In this document: in pieces, positions 36,565-45,469 of the stretch
How positions within the stretch are numbered: position 1 is the first letter of the stretch
Layout of the letters: each line of letters opens with the position of its first letter
Source of the DNA: an archaeon
GTDB lineage: Archaea; Aenigmatarchaeota; Aenigmatarchaeia; Aenigmatarchaeales; JACQIB01
DNA length: 64,000 nt
Reading direction: 5' to 3'
Assembly: GCA_035291225.1 (NCBI GenBank)
Contig: DATDSO010000010.1
Coordinates: forward strand, 82,090 to 146,089
Notes under the pieces: generated by a model
Databases searched by the model: none
What the model was told of the DNA's origin: nothing
The model's input: the letters and a program-made list of their open reading frames with translations, nothing else
Program-made: the position numbers and the translations under genes

Positions 36565-37158
36565 TTAATAAAAAAGCAAATCCGCTGTTGCAGCAGAAAC
36601 AACTGCAGGCATTGTTATCACAGCCACTTGCTTGAAAGCATCTATCCCAGCGCCTGTTCCAAGTATTGAGACAAAAATAAATGAAGTCAGAAAAGAAATT
36701 ATGTAAACCTCAACTGCGCGCAAAGCTGAGGCTCTGAAAATTTGTGTTGAGACAAACTTTCTCCTGCGCGAAAAATAAATCAGGAGAAATCCCAAAAAGA
36801 ACCCGAGAAAAATCACAGACAACATATTCAATAAATTGAGCCTAGCTGAAATATCCCAAACTTCCTGTGTTACAGTAAAGAACATCGCACCGAAAGCTGC
36901 GCCCACAAAATCCTGCGCAACAAGAATTGTCGGCTTTCCGTGGAGGAATCCAAATTCCTTTTCCTTCCTTTCTTTATACTTCAAATCTTCCAGAGCTTCA
37001 ATATCTTCTGTGATTTCCTGTGCGACTTTTTCCAGGCGCTCCTCAGCAATTTCAAGCTTGTCAGCCTCGCTCATTTTCCTTAGTTTTTTCTTTATTGTTC
37101 TGCTTTTTTCAGCAGCCGCTATCCGGCCGCGCATTTTCAAGGGAAAACCTTTTGCCAT
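36565..37158 (-). CDS. Membrane protein with an N-terminal coiled-coil and four C-terminal TM helices.
   Basis: A charged coiled-coil region (EADKLEIAEERLEKVAQEITEDIEALEDLKYKERKE) followed by hydrophobic helices. It lies 62 nt upstream of the MoxR gene on the same strand. Confidence 0.5.
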   Translation of the reverse strand: MAKGFPLKMRGRIAAAEKSRTIKKKLRKMSEADKLEIAEERLEKVAQEITEDIEALEDLKYKERKEKEFGFLHGKPTILVAQDFVGAAFGAMFFTVTQEVWDISARLNLLNMLSVIFLGFFLGFLLIYFSRRRKFVSTQIFRASALRAVEVYIISFLTSFIFVSILGTGAGIDAFKQVAVITMPAVVSAATADLLFY

Positions 37159-37241
37159 GAAACGCTTTCTATTGTGGAATTTAAGAAGTTTTTTTCGCTT
37201 CCGCGCAGCAGCTTTTTATACCTTGGGAAATTAGTTTCTGA

Positions 37242-38507
37242 ATGGATTCGGGGAAAAATTTTGAGGTAAAGGATTTGGGCTTGGCTGAGCAAGGCTTGAG
37301 AAATATTGAGCTTGCTGAAATGCACATGGGATCGCTTTTGAAAATCCGCGAAAGATTCTCAAAAGAAAAACCTCTTTCTGGAATCAGAATCGGGCTTGCG
37401 CTGCATATTACAAAAGAAACTGCTGTTCTCTTGAAAACTTTGAAAGCCGGCGGAGCTGAAATTGCAATTACAAGCTGCAACCCGCTTTCGACGCAAGATG
37501 ATGTTGCTGCAGCTTTAGCGAAAGAAGGATTTGCGGTCTGGGGCTACAAGGGAGAGGGCACTGAAGATTATTACAGATTTATTGAGAATGTTATAAAATT
37601 TCGGCCGCAGATTACAATTGATGACGGGATGGATTTGGTTTCGGAAATTCACAAAAAGCACGCAGAGCTCATACCAACAATTATCGGCGGCTGCGAGGAA
37701 ACAACAACCGGAGTTATTAGACTGAAAGCAATGAAAAAAGACAATGCCCTGAAGTATCCGATAATTGCAGTCAACGATAATAAAACAAAACATTTGCTGG
37801 ACAATTATTACGGAACTGGCCAGAGCACGCTTGACGGAATTATCCGCGCGTCAAATATTTTGTTCGCGGGAAAAACAGTTGTTGTCGCAGGATACGGGAG
37901 CTGCGGAAAAGGAGTTGCGCTTCGCGCGCGTGGTCTCGGGGCAAATGTGATTGTAACTGAAGTAAATTATTTCCGCGGGCTGCAGGCTGTTTATGATGGG
38001 TTCAGGGTTTTGAAAATGGAAGAGGCTGCCGGTCTTGGAGATATTTTCATTACATTAACTGGAAACACTTCTGTAATTCGCGCTGAACATTTTGAAAAAA
38101 TGAAGGACGGGGCTTTGCTTGCGAACTCCGGGCATTTTGATGTTGAGATTGATAAAAATGATTTGGAAAAAATTTCTGTTTCAAAAAAGCAAGTGCGGCC
38201 TTCGCTTGAGGAATATAAATTAAAAAATGGAAAAAGAATTTTTCTTGCGGGCGAGGGCAGGCTTGTGAATCTTGCTGCTGCTGAGGGCCATCCCTCTGAA
38301 GTCATGGCAACTTCTTTCTGCGGGCAGGCGCTTGCTGTTGAATATCTTGTGAAAAACAAAGGGCGGCTGCCGGCTGATGTGATTGTTCTGCCGGAGGAGA
38401 TTGATGATTTTATTGCGCGGCTCCAGTTGGATTCTATTGGAATAAAAATTGATGAGCTGACTGAGCAGCAGAAAAAATATTTGGGAAGCTGGAAGGAAGG
38501 GACTTAG
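37242..38507 (+). CDS. ahcY: S-adenosyl-L-homocysteine hydrolase.
   Basis: A NAD-binding GYGSCGKG motif. Conserved blocks DDGMDL and HFDVEID. Size 421 aa. Confidence 0.9.
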   Translation: MDSGKNFEVKDLGLAEQGLRNIELAEMHMGSLLKIRERFSKEKPLSGIRIGLALHITKETAVLLKTLKAGGAEIAITSCNPLSTQDDVAAALAKEGFAVWGYKGEGTEDYYRFIENVIKFRPQITIDDGMDLVSEIHKKHAELIPTIIGGCEETTTGVIRLKAMKKDNALKYPIIAVNDNKTKHLLDNYYGTGQSTLDGIIRASNILFAGKTVVVAGYGSCGKGVALRARGLGANVIVTEVNYFRGLQAVYDGFRVLKMEEAAGLGDIFITLTGNTSVIRAEHFEKMKDGALLANSGHFDVEIDKNDLEKISVSKKQVRPSLEEYKLKNGKRIFLAGEGRLVNLAAAEGHPSEVMATSFCGQALAVEYLVKNKGRLPADVIVLPEEIDDFIARLQLDSIGIKIDELTEQQKKYLGSWKEGT

Positions 38508-38992
38508 AAAATATTATTTACAATTTTGTCTATGTGTATGACGGGCTTTCCGTTATAATGGCATTCGTAAAAAAGTTTGCTGTCTGAAGTTATAAAAGAA
38601 ATTTGTGGATTGACTTCATTCAGCAAAATTATAGATACATCTGCTACATCAAATCTTAAAATTTCATCTCTCTTTAATATCAAATCCTTTTCAATATATT
38701 GCTCAGTAACGCCGCTCAGCAAAGCAAAATGTTTTTTCATAAATTCAGAAAACATATTTTCTCCTAAAAGTTTCTTCAAGAAGTGGAAAGTTTCTGTCAG
38801 TATTTGCGGCGTTACCATAACCTGCTTTCCTATTAGAAAGCTATAGAGGTAATCAAAATTACTTTTTGTATACTTTCTTTTATCTCCAATTTTACTTATG
38901 CGACCTGCGTCAAAAATGCCTATCAGAAATAATAAAAGAGGTTCTGTATCTACTATTACAGATTCATTTGACTCGTTTGACACTAGAAACAT
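38504..38992 (-). CDS. PIN-domain protein (putative VapC-like nuclease).
   Basis: An N-terminal VIVDTEPLL acidic motif and a C-terminal ITSDSKLF, which match the PIN pattern. Confidence 0.5.
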   Translation of the reverse strand: MFLVSNESNESVIVDTEPLLLFLIGIFDAGRISKIGDKRKYTKSNFDYLYSFLIGKQVMVTPQILTETFHFLKKLLGENMFSEFMKKHFALLSGVTEQYIEKDLILKRDEILRFDVADVSIILLNEVNPQISFITSDSKLFYECHYNGKPVIHIDKIVNNIF

Positions 38993-39203
38993 CCCCAGTA
39001 ACTTTGTCGATTTCTATCTCATAGGAGGCCAAAACAGAAATAAAAGCATTGGGATAAAATTCGCATTTAACTATCCAAAGTTTTCGGTCGCTATCAATAA
39101 CAACTTCATTTAGATTGAATCCGAAAAGTGTCATTCCCCTTATTTTTTCAAGATAGTTCTTTGCTATTAGAACAGCTTCTTGAGAATTTTTAACTTCAGT
39201 CAT
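38964..39203 (-). CDS. Small hypothetical protein overlapping the PIN gene start, possibly its cognate partner.
   Basis: A 79-aa ORF with a 29-nt overlap with the downstream PIN ORF on the same strand. Confidence 0.3.
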   Translation of the reverse strand: MTEVKNSQEAVLIAKNYLEKIRGMTLFGFNLNEVVIDSDRKLWIVKCEFYPNAFISVLASYEIEIDKVTGDVSSVKRVK

Positions 39204-39269
39204 ACAACCACCACAACTAAGCTATTGGTATGGAACCATATTTATAAAGCTTGAATCCAAAAAGAAAAT

Positions 39270-39749
39270 ATGAAAACTTTTTCAATTTTATTGGTGACGA
39301 TTATTTTAGTAGCTGGGTGCACAGCCAAATCGGGAGAAATAAATTCTCCACACAACACAGAAAAAGAGTCTTCGTCTTCAACTTCTATGGCATTGACTTC
39401 AGAATCGGTAGATGGGGTGTCTTCCACAACTACAACATCTGTAGTTTCAAAGTGCCCTGATTTTTCTGCATTACCTCACGGCTTTGATGAACAGGTTGGA
39501 AGTGTTGTTGTGAATACTCCAAAGAATCAAGAATTCAATGGGTATAAAGTAAAGGGAACATATTCTTCGCCGATAGCTGGCTCTTTTGTGCCATGCAAAA
39601 AGGGAAGTCGAGTTGGAGAAAATTCTAACTACTACTATTGCCGAGATATGATAGTGAACAAAGTAGATGCGAGTGGTAATATCTTAGATGCTAAAAAGAT
39701 GACGGTTGTTTTGGACGCAGACAATGCTTATGTAACAACGTTATGCTAA
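39270..39749 (+). CDS. Secreted lipoprotein with a Ser/Thr-rich linker.
   Basis: Signal peptide MKTFSILLVTIILVAGCTAKSGE, a lipobox nearly identical to that of 7925-8584. An S/T tract is present. Confidence 0.55.
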   Translation: MKTFSILLVTIILVAGCTAKSGEINSPHNTEKESSSSTSMALTSESVDGVSSTTTTSVVSKCPDFSALPHGFDEQVGSVVVNTPKNQEFNGYKVKGTYSSPIAGSFVPCKKGSRVGENSNYYYCRDMIVNKVDASGNILDAKKMTVVLDADNAYVTTLC

Positions 39750-40352
39750 TTTACTCAAAAGTCTGTTAGGTCTTTCTGAAATTAGCTTTTTTAGAGTCTC
39801 TCTTTTTCTAAATTCTAAGCTATCGGTGTGATTAACTGAAAGCTTTATTTTATGTATTGATTGATGTTCATAATCTCGCCAATGTTAGCAATTTGAATAT
39901 GGATTCCTCCTCAGCTTTCTTGGTAGTAATTACTGATATTTCGAACTCCACCGATTTATTTATATAAAAACCTTTTCCAATCCCTTTTCGATTTGCTCTA
40001 AAGAATCTTTTAAAAATTCTTCTATGTCATTTACCATTTGAATCTTGTCATACTAGCTTCTCATAGTTTATATTGAAAAACATTTCAACAACTTATGAGA
40101 AATTTTGGTGCGGGAGGAGAGAATTTCTTTATATCCAAAAGCAATTTTCCTTTTTGGATAAGCCCTAGCCTTTTTCGAGAAAAAGGCTTGGGTTTGAACT
40201 CTCGTATGGACTAACCAACTAGGCCCTCAACCTAGCACGCTTGCTCAGCGCATCTGCAGATTATCTTATTTTTCTGCATCTGCTCTTCGCTTTTGACCAG
40301 GCTACGCGACTCCCGCGTGCAATTTAATAAAGGTTTGATATTATTAAATCTT

Positions 40353-40904
40353 ATGAAATCGGTCCATATCACCTACTTTGTCCACGGAACAAGTGTAGAC
40401 AATCAAAAAAATATTTCATCAGGCTGGCACAACACTGAGCTTTCGGAATTGGGCATAAAGCAATCAGTAGAGCTAAAGGAAAAAATCAAAGATAAAAAAT
40501 TTGATGTTGTTTTCTGCTCTGATTTGAAAAGGGCTGCGGATTCTGCAAAATTAACATTCGGAAATTCTGTCAAGATTATTCTGGATAGCAGATTAAGAGA
40601 ATGTAGTTATGGAAAGTTCAACGCCGGGCCTTCAGAAGTTGTTGAGCCTCTGCAAGAAAATCATATCACAAAAAGATTTCCCGGCGGGGAAAGCTATGAG
40701 GATGTTAAGAAAAGAATGGGCGATTTTCTGAATTTTCTGAAGAAAAACTATTGCGGAAAAGAAGTTGCCATTGTTGCGCACAAAGCCCCGCAGCTGGCGT
40801 TGGACGTTTTGCTTAAGGGAAAAACTTGGAAGATAGCTTTCAAGGAAGATTGGAGAAAAAAGAAAGCTTGGCAACCGGGCTGGGAATATGAAGTGAAATG
40901 TTGA
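40353..40904 (+). CDS. Histidine-phosphatase superfamily (PGAM-like) protein. The ORF-track start at 40293 is an extension.
   Basis: An N-terminal ITYFVHGTS segment (RHG-like motif) and a later VAHKAP (His) segment. Confidence 0.5.
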   Translation: MKSVHITYFVHGTSVDNQKNISSGWHNTELSELGIKQSVELKEKIKDKKFDVVFCSDLKRAADSAKLTFGNSVKIILDSRLRECSYGKFNAGPSEVVEPLQENHITKRFPGGESYEDVKKRMGDFLNFLKKNYCGKEVAIVAHKAPQLALDVLLKGKTWKIAFKEDWRKKKAWQPGWEYEVKC

Positions 40905-40910
40905 TTTTCT

Positions 40911-42308
40911 ATGCAACCCCAGCTTCAAATCAAGAAAAAACACGTCCGCACAATCAGCGGAGTTGCTCCATTAACAGTTGTGGTTAAACCATGGACTTGC
41001 CCGGGAAAATGCACTTATTGCCCTGAGGCAACTGATGGGACTCCTAAGAGCTATACGGAAAAAAGCGCGCCTGTTATTCGCGGCCGCGAATGCGGCTGGG
41101 ATGCAAAAAAACAAACTGAGGCGCGGCTAAAAATTTTTAATTTAATGGGCCACCCGACTGAAAAAGTTGAAGTGCTTTTGCTCGGCGGGACTTTTCCAGC
41201 TTATCCGCAAAATTATCAGGAGGAATTTGTGAAAGGAATTTTTGACGGGCTGAATGGATTTGCTTCTGAAAATTTACAGCAGGCAAAACTTGCGAATGAA
41301 ACTGCCCAGCACAGATGCGTGGGGCTTTGCATTGAAACTCGGCCAGACTGGTGCGGAAAGGAAATTATAAATAATTTTTTGGACTATGGCTGCACGCGCG
41401 TTGAGCTTGGAGTGCAGGCTTTAGACGAAAAAATAAATTTGCGCACCCAACGCGGGCACGGAATTGCTGAAGTCGCTGGAGCTACAAAAATTTTGAAAGA
41501 TTCTGCCTACAAAGTTTTCTATCATTGGATGGTTGGGCTGCCGGGCTCTACACCTGAAAAAGATTTGGAAATGTTCAAAGAGCTTTGGAAAAATCCAAGC
41601 TTTCGGCCGGACGGATTGAAAATTTATCCAACTCTTGTAATCAAAGAGACAAAATTGGAAAAAGAATTTTTGGCAGGGGAATTTGTTCCGTATACAAACG
41701 AGCAGATTGTTGAAGTTGTTTCAAATCTGAAAACTCTTGTGCCGCGCTACTGCAGGCTCGCGAGAATCATGCGCGCGATTCCCGAGGAGTATATTGTTGG
41801 CGGCTCAAAAAATTCCCATCTGCGGGATGAAATAAAAAATTACATGAGCGCGCGTGGTATGAAGTGCGAATGCCTGCGTTGTCGCGAGGCCGGATTCTTT
41901 TCAAAAGCCGGCGGGGCAGTGGATCTTGAAAATATAAAGTTGAACAGAATTGATTATGAAGCGAACGGTGGGAAAGAAATTTTTTTGGCAATTGATGAAA
42001 TGAAAAATGATCTTATGCTCGCGCTCCTGAGATTGAGAATTCCGAGCGCGCCGTTCAGAAAAGAAATCTCCGCTGGCACTGCGCTTATCAGGGAAATCCA
42101 TACTTTTGGCCAGCAGATTCCAATTGGAACAGAAGGAAATATTCAGCACGCGGGATTCGGGAAAATGCTTTTGGCAGAAGCAGAAAAAATTGCGCTGGAA
42201 GAATTTTCATGCAAAAAAATTCTCGCAATTGCTGGCGTGGGCGCGCGGGAATATTTTCGGAAGTTTGGATATGGGAATGATGGGGCGTATGTGAGCAAAA
42301 ACTTATGA
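40911..42308 (+). CDS. elp3: Elp3 homolog (radical SAM plus GNAT; tRNA wobble-uridine modification).
   Basis: Radical-SAM CPGKCTYCP motif. A C-terminal GNAT motif QHAGFGKMLL. Size 465 aa. Confidence 0.85.
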   Translation: MQPQLQIKKKHVRTISGVAPLTVVVKPWTCPGKCTYCPEATDGTPKSYTEKSAPVIRGRECGWDAKKQTEARLKIFNLMGHPTEKVEVLLLGGTFPAYPQNYQEEFVKGIFDGLNGFASENLQQAKLANETAQHRCVGLCIETRPDWCGKEIINNFLDYGCTRVELGVQALDEKINLRTQRGHGIAEVAGATKILKDSAYKVFYHWMVGLPGSTPEKDLEMFKELWKNPSFRPDGLKIYPTLVIKETKLEKEFLAGEFVPYTNEQIVEVVSNLKTLVPRYCRLARIMRAIPEEYIVGGSKNSHLRDEIKNYMSARGMKCECLRCREAGFFSKAGGAVDLENIKLNRIDYEANGGKEIFLAIDEMKNDLMLALLRLRIPSAPFRKEISAGTALIREIHTFGQQIPIGTEGNIQHAGFGKMLLAEAEKIALEEFSCKKILAIAGVGAREYFRKFGYGNDGAYVSKNL

Positions 42309-42310
42309 AA

Positions 42311-43054
42311 TTAAATAGGCAAAAATCTTGCAAGCAGCAAAATCAAAACTAACCCCGCGATTATAGAAAATAAGACAGAGGTTCTCTGCTCTTTGTGCTG
42401 AAGCTCTGGAATCAAATCTGCTGCCGCTACAAAAATAAAAGTTCCTGCGGCAAAGCCCAAGCCAACTGGTATAAGCCAGTCTGCCACTCCGAGAAATAGA
42501 AGCCCTGCAATAATTCCGATTGGTGTGTCAAGAGCTGTGAGCAGAATTGACGCGGAAACTTTTTTTCTGGAAAATCCCGCACCCAAAGAAACAGAAGCTG
42601 CGACAAAAGAATCCGGAATCTGGTGGAGCGCAACTGCAAGCCCGACAATTATTCCAAGCTCTGTGCTTGCCGAAAATCCAAGGGGTATTACAAATCCATC
42701 TATCAAACCATGCACAACCATTCCGCCCATTGCTAAAGTTCCAAATGGCTGAATATGTTTTGAGCCTGCTTTGTGCCCGCCGACATGATTTCCTTTTATC
42801 AAAATATGCTCAATAATAAGTAGAGAAACAAAACCAAGAGCAATTCCAATTCCCGCTGAGGAAATATTTATTTTGTAGGCCTCGGGAATAATGTCAAAAA
42901 TTGAAATTCCCAGCAAAATTCCTGCGGATGCGCCGAGCATCAAGTGCAAATCGCGCTCGCTGATTTTTTTTTTCATGTATGGAAGGAAGAGCATCACTAA
43001 AGGAACAATTCCTGTTATCAGTATCCACGGCAATAGCTCTAATAAATTTACCAT
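42311..43054 (-). CDS. ZIP-family metal (Zn/Fe) permease.
   Basis: Eight TM helices. The HQIPDSF/HxxxD motif and an His-rich loop HVGGHKAGSKH. Confidence 0.8.
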   Translation of the reverse strand: MVNLLELLPWILITGIVPLVMLFLPYMKKKISERDLHLMLGASAGILLGISIFDIIPEAYKINISSAGIGIALGFVSLLIIEHILIKGNHVGGHKAGSKHIQPFGTLAMGGMVVHGLIDGFVIPLGFSASTELGIIVGLAVALHQIPDSFVAASVSLGAGFSRKKVSASILLTALDTPIGIIAGLLFLGVADWLIPVGLGFAAGTFIFVAAADLIPELQHKEQRTSVLFSIIAGLVLILLLARFLPI

Positions 43055-43107
43055 GCGACAGAATGTTTTTATCCATTTATAAATTTCTTTTCCAAAAGTT
43101 TATTTGC

Positions 43108-43294
43108 GGGCCCGTAGTCTAGTTTGGTAGGATACCAGCTTGGGGATTCCTAAGCTAAAGAGAAGCCGAAATGCTGGCGACCTGTGTTCAAACGGCCTTT
43201 TCTTTCATGGAAAGAAAAGAACCGAGGAAAAGAAAGATATAATCCAAAAAGGCATATCACCTTCAGTCATATGAAAATCACAGCGGGCCCACCA
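43108..43294 (+). tRNA. tRNA-Pro(GGG) with two putative introns (canonical 37/38 and within the T-arm).
   Basis: Acceptor GGGCCCG/CGGGCCC plus A-CCA. Anticodon stem CCAGC/GCTGG with loop TTGGGG. T-stem CTGTG-TTCAAAC...[~85 nt]...CACAG. A TATA-like ATTTATAAA lies 33 nt upstream. Confidence 0.55.
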
Positions 43295-43332
43295 TTTGAA
43301 AACTTTATAAATAACCTCAATATTGTTTTTTT

Positions 43333-44304
43333 ATGAAAGATTCGAAATCGGTTTTTTTGATTGGATTGATTTTTATTCTGTTTGTTAGCGGATGTGCGGC
43401 AAAGCTTCCTGCGGGTACAACAACTACAGCAGCTCCCGCAAATGTTACCACAACAACTCTACCCCCAACAACCACAACAATTCCCGGCCCTGAAAAAATT
43501 GCAGATGGGGTCTCAGCGTTTTTGATTTCCAACAGCACTATTTACTATCTTTCTGAAACAGAAGCAAAACTCTATAAGTATGCAAAAGGCTCTCAGCCGA
43601 CTGAACTTGCCTCTGGTATTGGAATAAAAACAAGAAATATTCTGGATGACGGTGATTACCTCTACTTCACTCATGAGGTGGGCGGCGCAGCAAAATTCAG
43701 CAGAGTTCCGAAAGCGGGCGGCCAGCTGGAAGAGAAATTTTCATGCTCTCCGGGAAATCTCGCAAATTTATTCTCGGATGATACATACATCTATGTTCTA
43801 CCAACAACAGGCACGTTTTGCCGACTCTTGAAAACAACGTTCGCCTCAGATGGAAATTTCAGGCTGGGTGTTGCCGGAGCAGGTGAGAATTTAGTTTATG
43901 ATTCAAAAAATGTTTTCTTTCCAGATACTCAGTGGATAAAGAAAGTCCCGCGGATAGGGAAAATCGAAGTGGGCGTTCTGGTAAGCGAAGTTGTGAAATC
44001 TAACTTACTTTTGGATGGAACAAGTATTTACTGGATAAATAAAAACAATGAGCTCTACAAAGTCGGTACAGATGGAAAGGGGAAAGTCCTTATTGCACAG
44101 AAAATCGATTCTAAATATATAGCCCAAGATACAGCATCAATTTACTTTATAGAAAACTCCGATAACTCAATAAAGAAAATAGTAAAAGCCGGCGGTGCTC
44201 CAGTTACATTGGGAAAACTTTCTGGTCCCGCATCAAAAATTGAAGTCGATACTGAAAATATTTATTGGTTGCAAGAAGGAAGCTTGATGAAAAAAAGGAA
44301 ATGA
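43333..44304 (+). CDS. Secreted lipoprotein with a Thr-rich linker and beta-propeller-like repeats.
   Basis: Signal peptide plus FVSGC lipobox. The tract TTTAAPANVTTTTLPPTTTT. Repeats of the form (S/D)xxIY(Y/F/W)(L/I): TIYYL, YLYFT, YIYVL, SIYWI, SIYFI, NIYWL. Confidence 0.6.
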   Translation: MKDSKSVFLIGLIFILFVSGCAAKLPAGTTTTAAPANVTTTTLPPTTTTIPGPEKIADGVSAFLISNSTIYYLSETEAKLYKYAKGSQPTELASGIGIKTRNILDDGDYLYFTHEVGGAAKFSRVPKAGGQLEEKFSCSPGNLANLFSDDTYIYVLPTTGTFCRLLKTTFASDGNFRLGVAGAGENLVYDSKNVFFPDTQWIKKVPRIGKIEVGVLVSEVVKSNLLLDGTSIYWINKNNELYKVGTDGKGKVLIAQKIDSKYIAQDTASIYFIENSDNSIKKIVKAGGAPVTLGKLSGPASKIEVDTENIYWLQEGSLMKKRK

Positions 44305-44306
44305 AG

Positions 44307-45350
44307 TCATTGAACAACAATTGGAATTCCCTCAAACTTTTTCTCTGACTCAGAAAAAATTTCTTCAGAAATTTTCATTTTTGAAAAATTTTGTTTTGTA
44401 TAAAGTGGCGGCGCGGGAATTTTCTGATTTACCAAAAGCCCAACGCGCGCGTCCTCCTGCGAATCTGCAAATTTATAATCTGGCAAAAATTTTTCAAGCT
44501 CTTTGCAAAAGTCCAAAACTTCTGAAAATGTTGGCATGCGAGTTGTAGGCATCCGCTCGCGCGACTGCCCAATTGCAGACCAACCTTTCACTTCAATAAA
44601 ATGCGGCTTTGCTTTTGATATAAGCTCTGCATATTTTTCTGGAGCTTCCATGTTCAAGTTTTTTACCATTGTGAGCCTGATAACTTTTCTTGTTTCAAGT
44701 CTCGGTAAAATAGAAATCGTGCGCAAAATATTTTTCCACATTATTTTTCCTTGTGTTGGGTGCTGAGTTTTTACGAACATTTCCTCGTTGTTCGCAGAAA
44801 GGGAAACATAAAGTTGTGTCGGCAGCGGATTCATTGTTTCCAATCTTTCAGGATATGTTCCGTTTGTAACAAGAAAAGTTGTCATGCCGTGTGCATGGAA
44901 TTCTTCAATCATGTGCTGCAAATAAGGATAAGTTGTCGGCTCGCCATCCAAACTTATTGCAACATGAGCTGGCTCCATTGCTTCTTTCAAATGTTTTTTT
45001 GAATGCTCAACGCCACCGAGCCCTGTTAAAAGTTTTTTCTGCGCTTCGATTGCCTCCTTTACTAAATCTTTCGGGCTGTCCACTAAATTTTCTTCAGAAT
45101 CTTTGAAATAGCGAAAATCGCGCCAGCAATAACTGCAGCGCAAATTGCAGGTTGTCATTGTTGGAGTAAACTGCACGCAGCGGTGCGAGCGGATACCATA
45201 AAATTTTTGCTTGTAGCAGGTTTTCTCCCCGCCGGTTTTTACAGAAGCTTTTGTGTAGTGGCAGAGCTTTACTGCCGAGTGCTTGTTTTTCCCAATGATT
45301 TTGTAGTTTGCTTTTTGCAGCCTTGCTAATTGTTCGGGTGTGAGTGGCAT
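44307..45350 (-). CDS. taw1: tRNA 4-demethylwyosine synthase (Taw1/TYW1, radical SAM).
   Basis: Radical-SAM CNLRCSYCW motif. The upstream Cys cluster CVQFTPTMTTC. The characteristic segment HVAISLDGEPTTYPYL. Confidence 0.8.
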   Translation of the reverse strand: MPLTPEQLARLQKANYKIIGKNKHSAVKLCHYTKASVKTGGEKTCYKQKFYGIRSHRCVQFTPTMTTCNLRCSYCWRDFRYFKDSEENLVDSPKDLVKEAIEAQKKLLTGLGGVEHSKKHLKEAMEPAHVAISLDGEPTTYPYLQHMIEEFHAHGMTTFLVTNGTYPERLETMNPLPTQLYVSLSANNEEMFVKTQHPTQGKIMWKNILRTISILPRLETRKVIRLTMVKNLNMEAPEKYAELISKAKPHFIEVKGWSAIGQSRERMPTTRMPTFSEVLDFCKELEKFLPDYKFADSQEDARVGLLVNQKIPAPPLYTKQNFSKMKISEEIFSESEKKFEGIPIVVQ

Positions 45351-45469
45351 ATAATTCAGTTATAATTTTAGAATTCGAAAGTTTATAAAACCTTTATGAA
45401 AATTCCTCACGGAAGTTTTACAAAATTTGTAAAGAATAATATATAAATCCCCTCGAGAGTAATTTTCAC

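Noticed and set aside
36836-37234. A 132-aa plus-strand ORF opposite the coiled-coil/TM protein gene.
   Set aside because: It is Ser/Ala/Phe-rich antisense of the charged coiled-coil region. The minus-strand frame has a coherent domain organisation.
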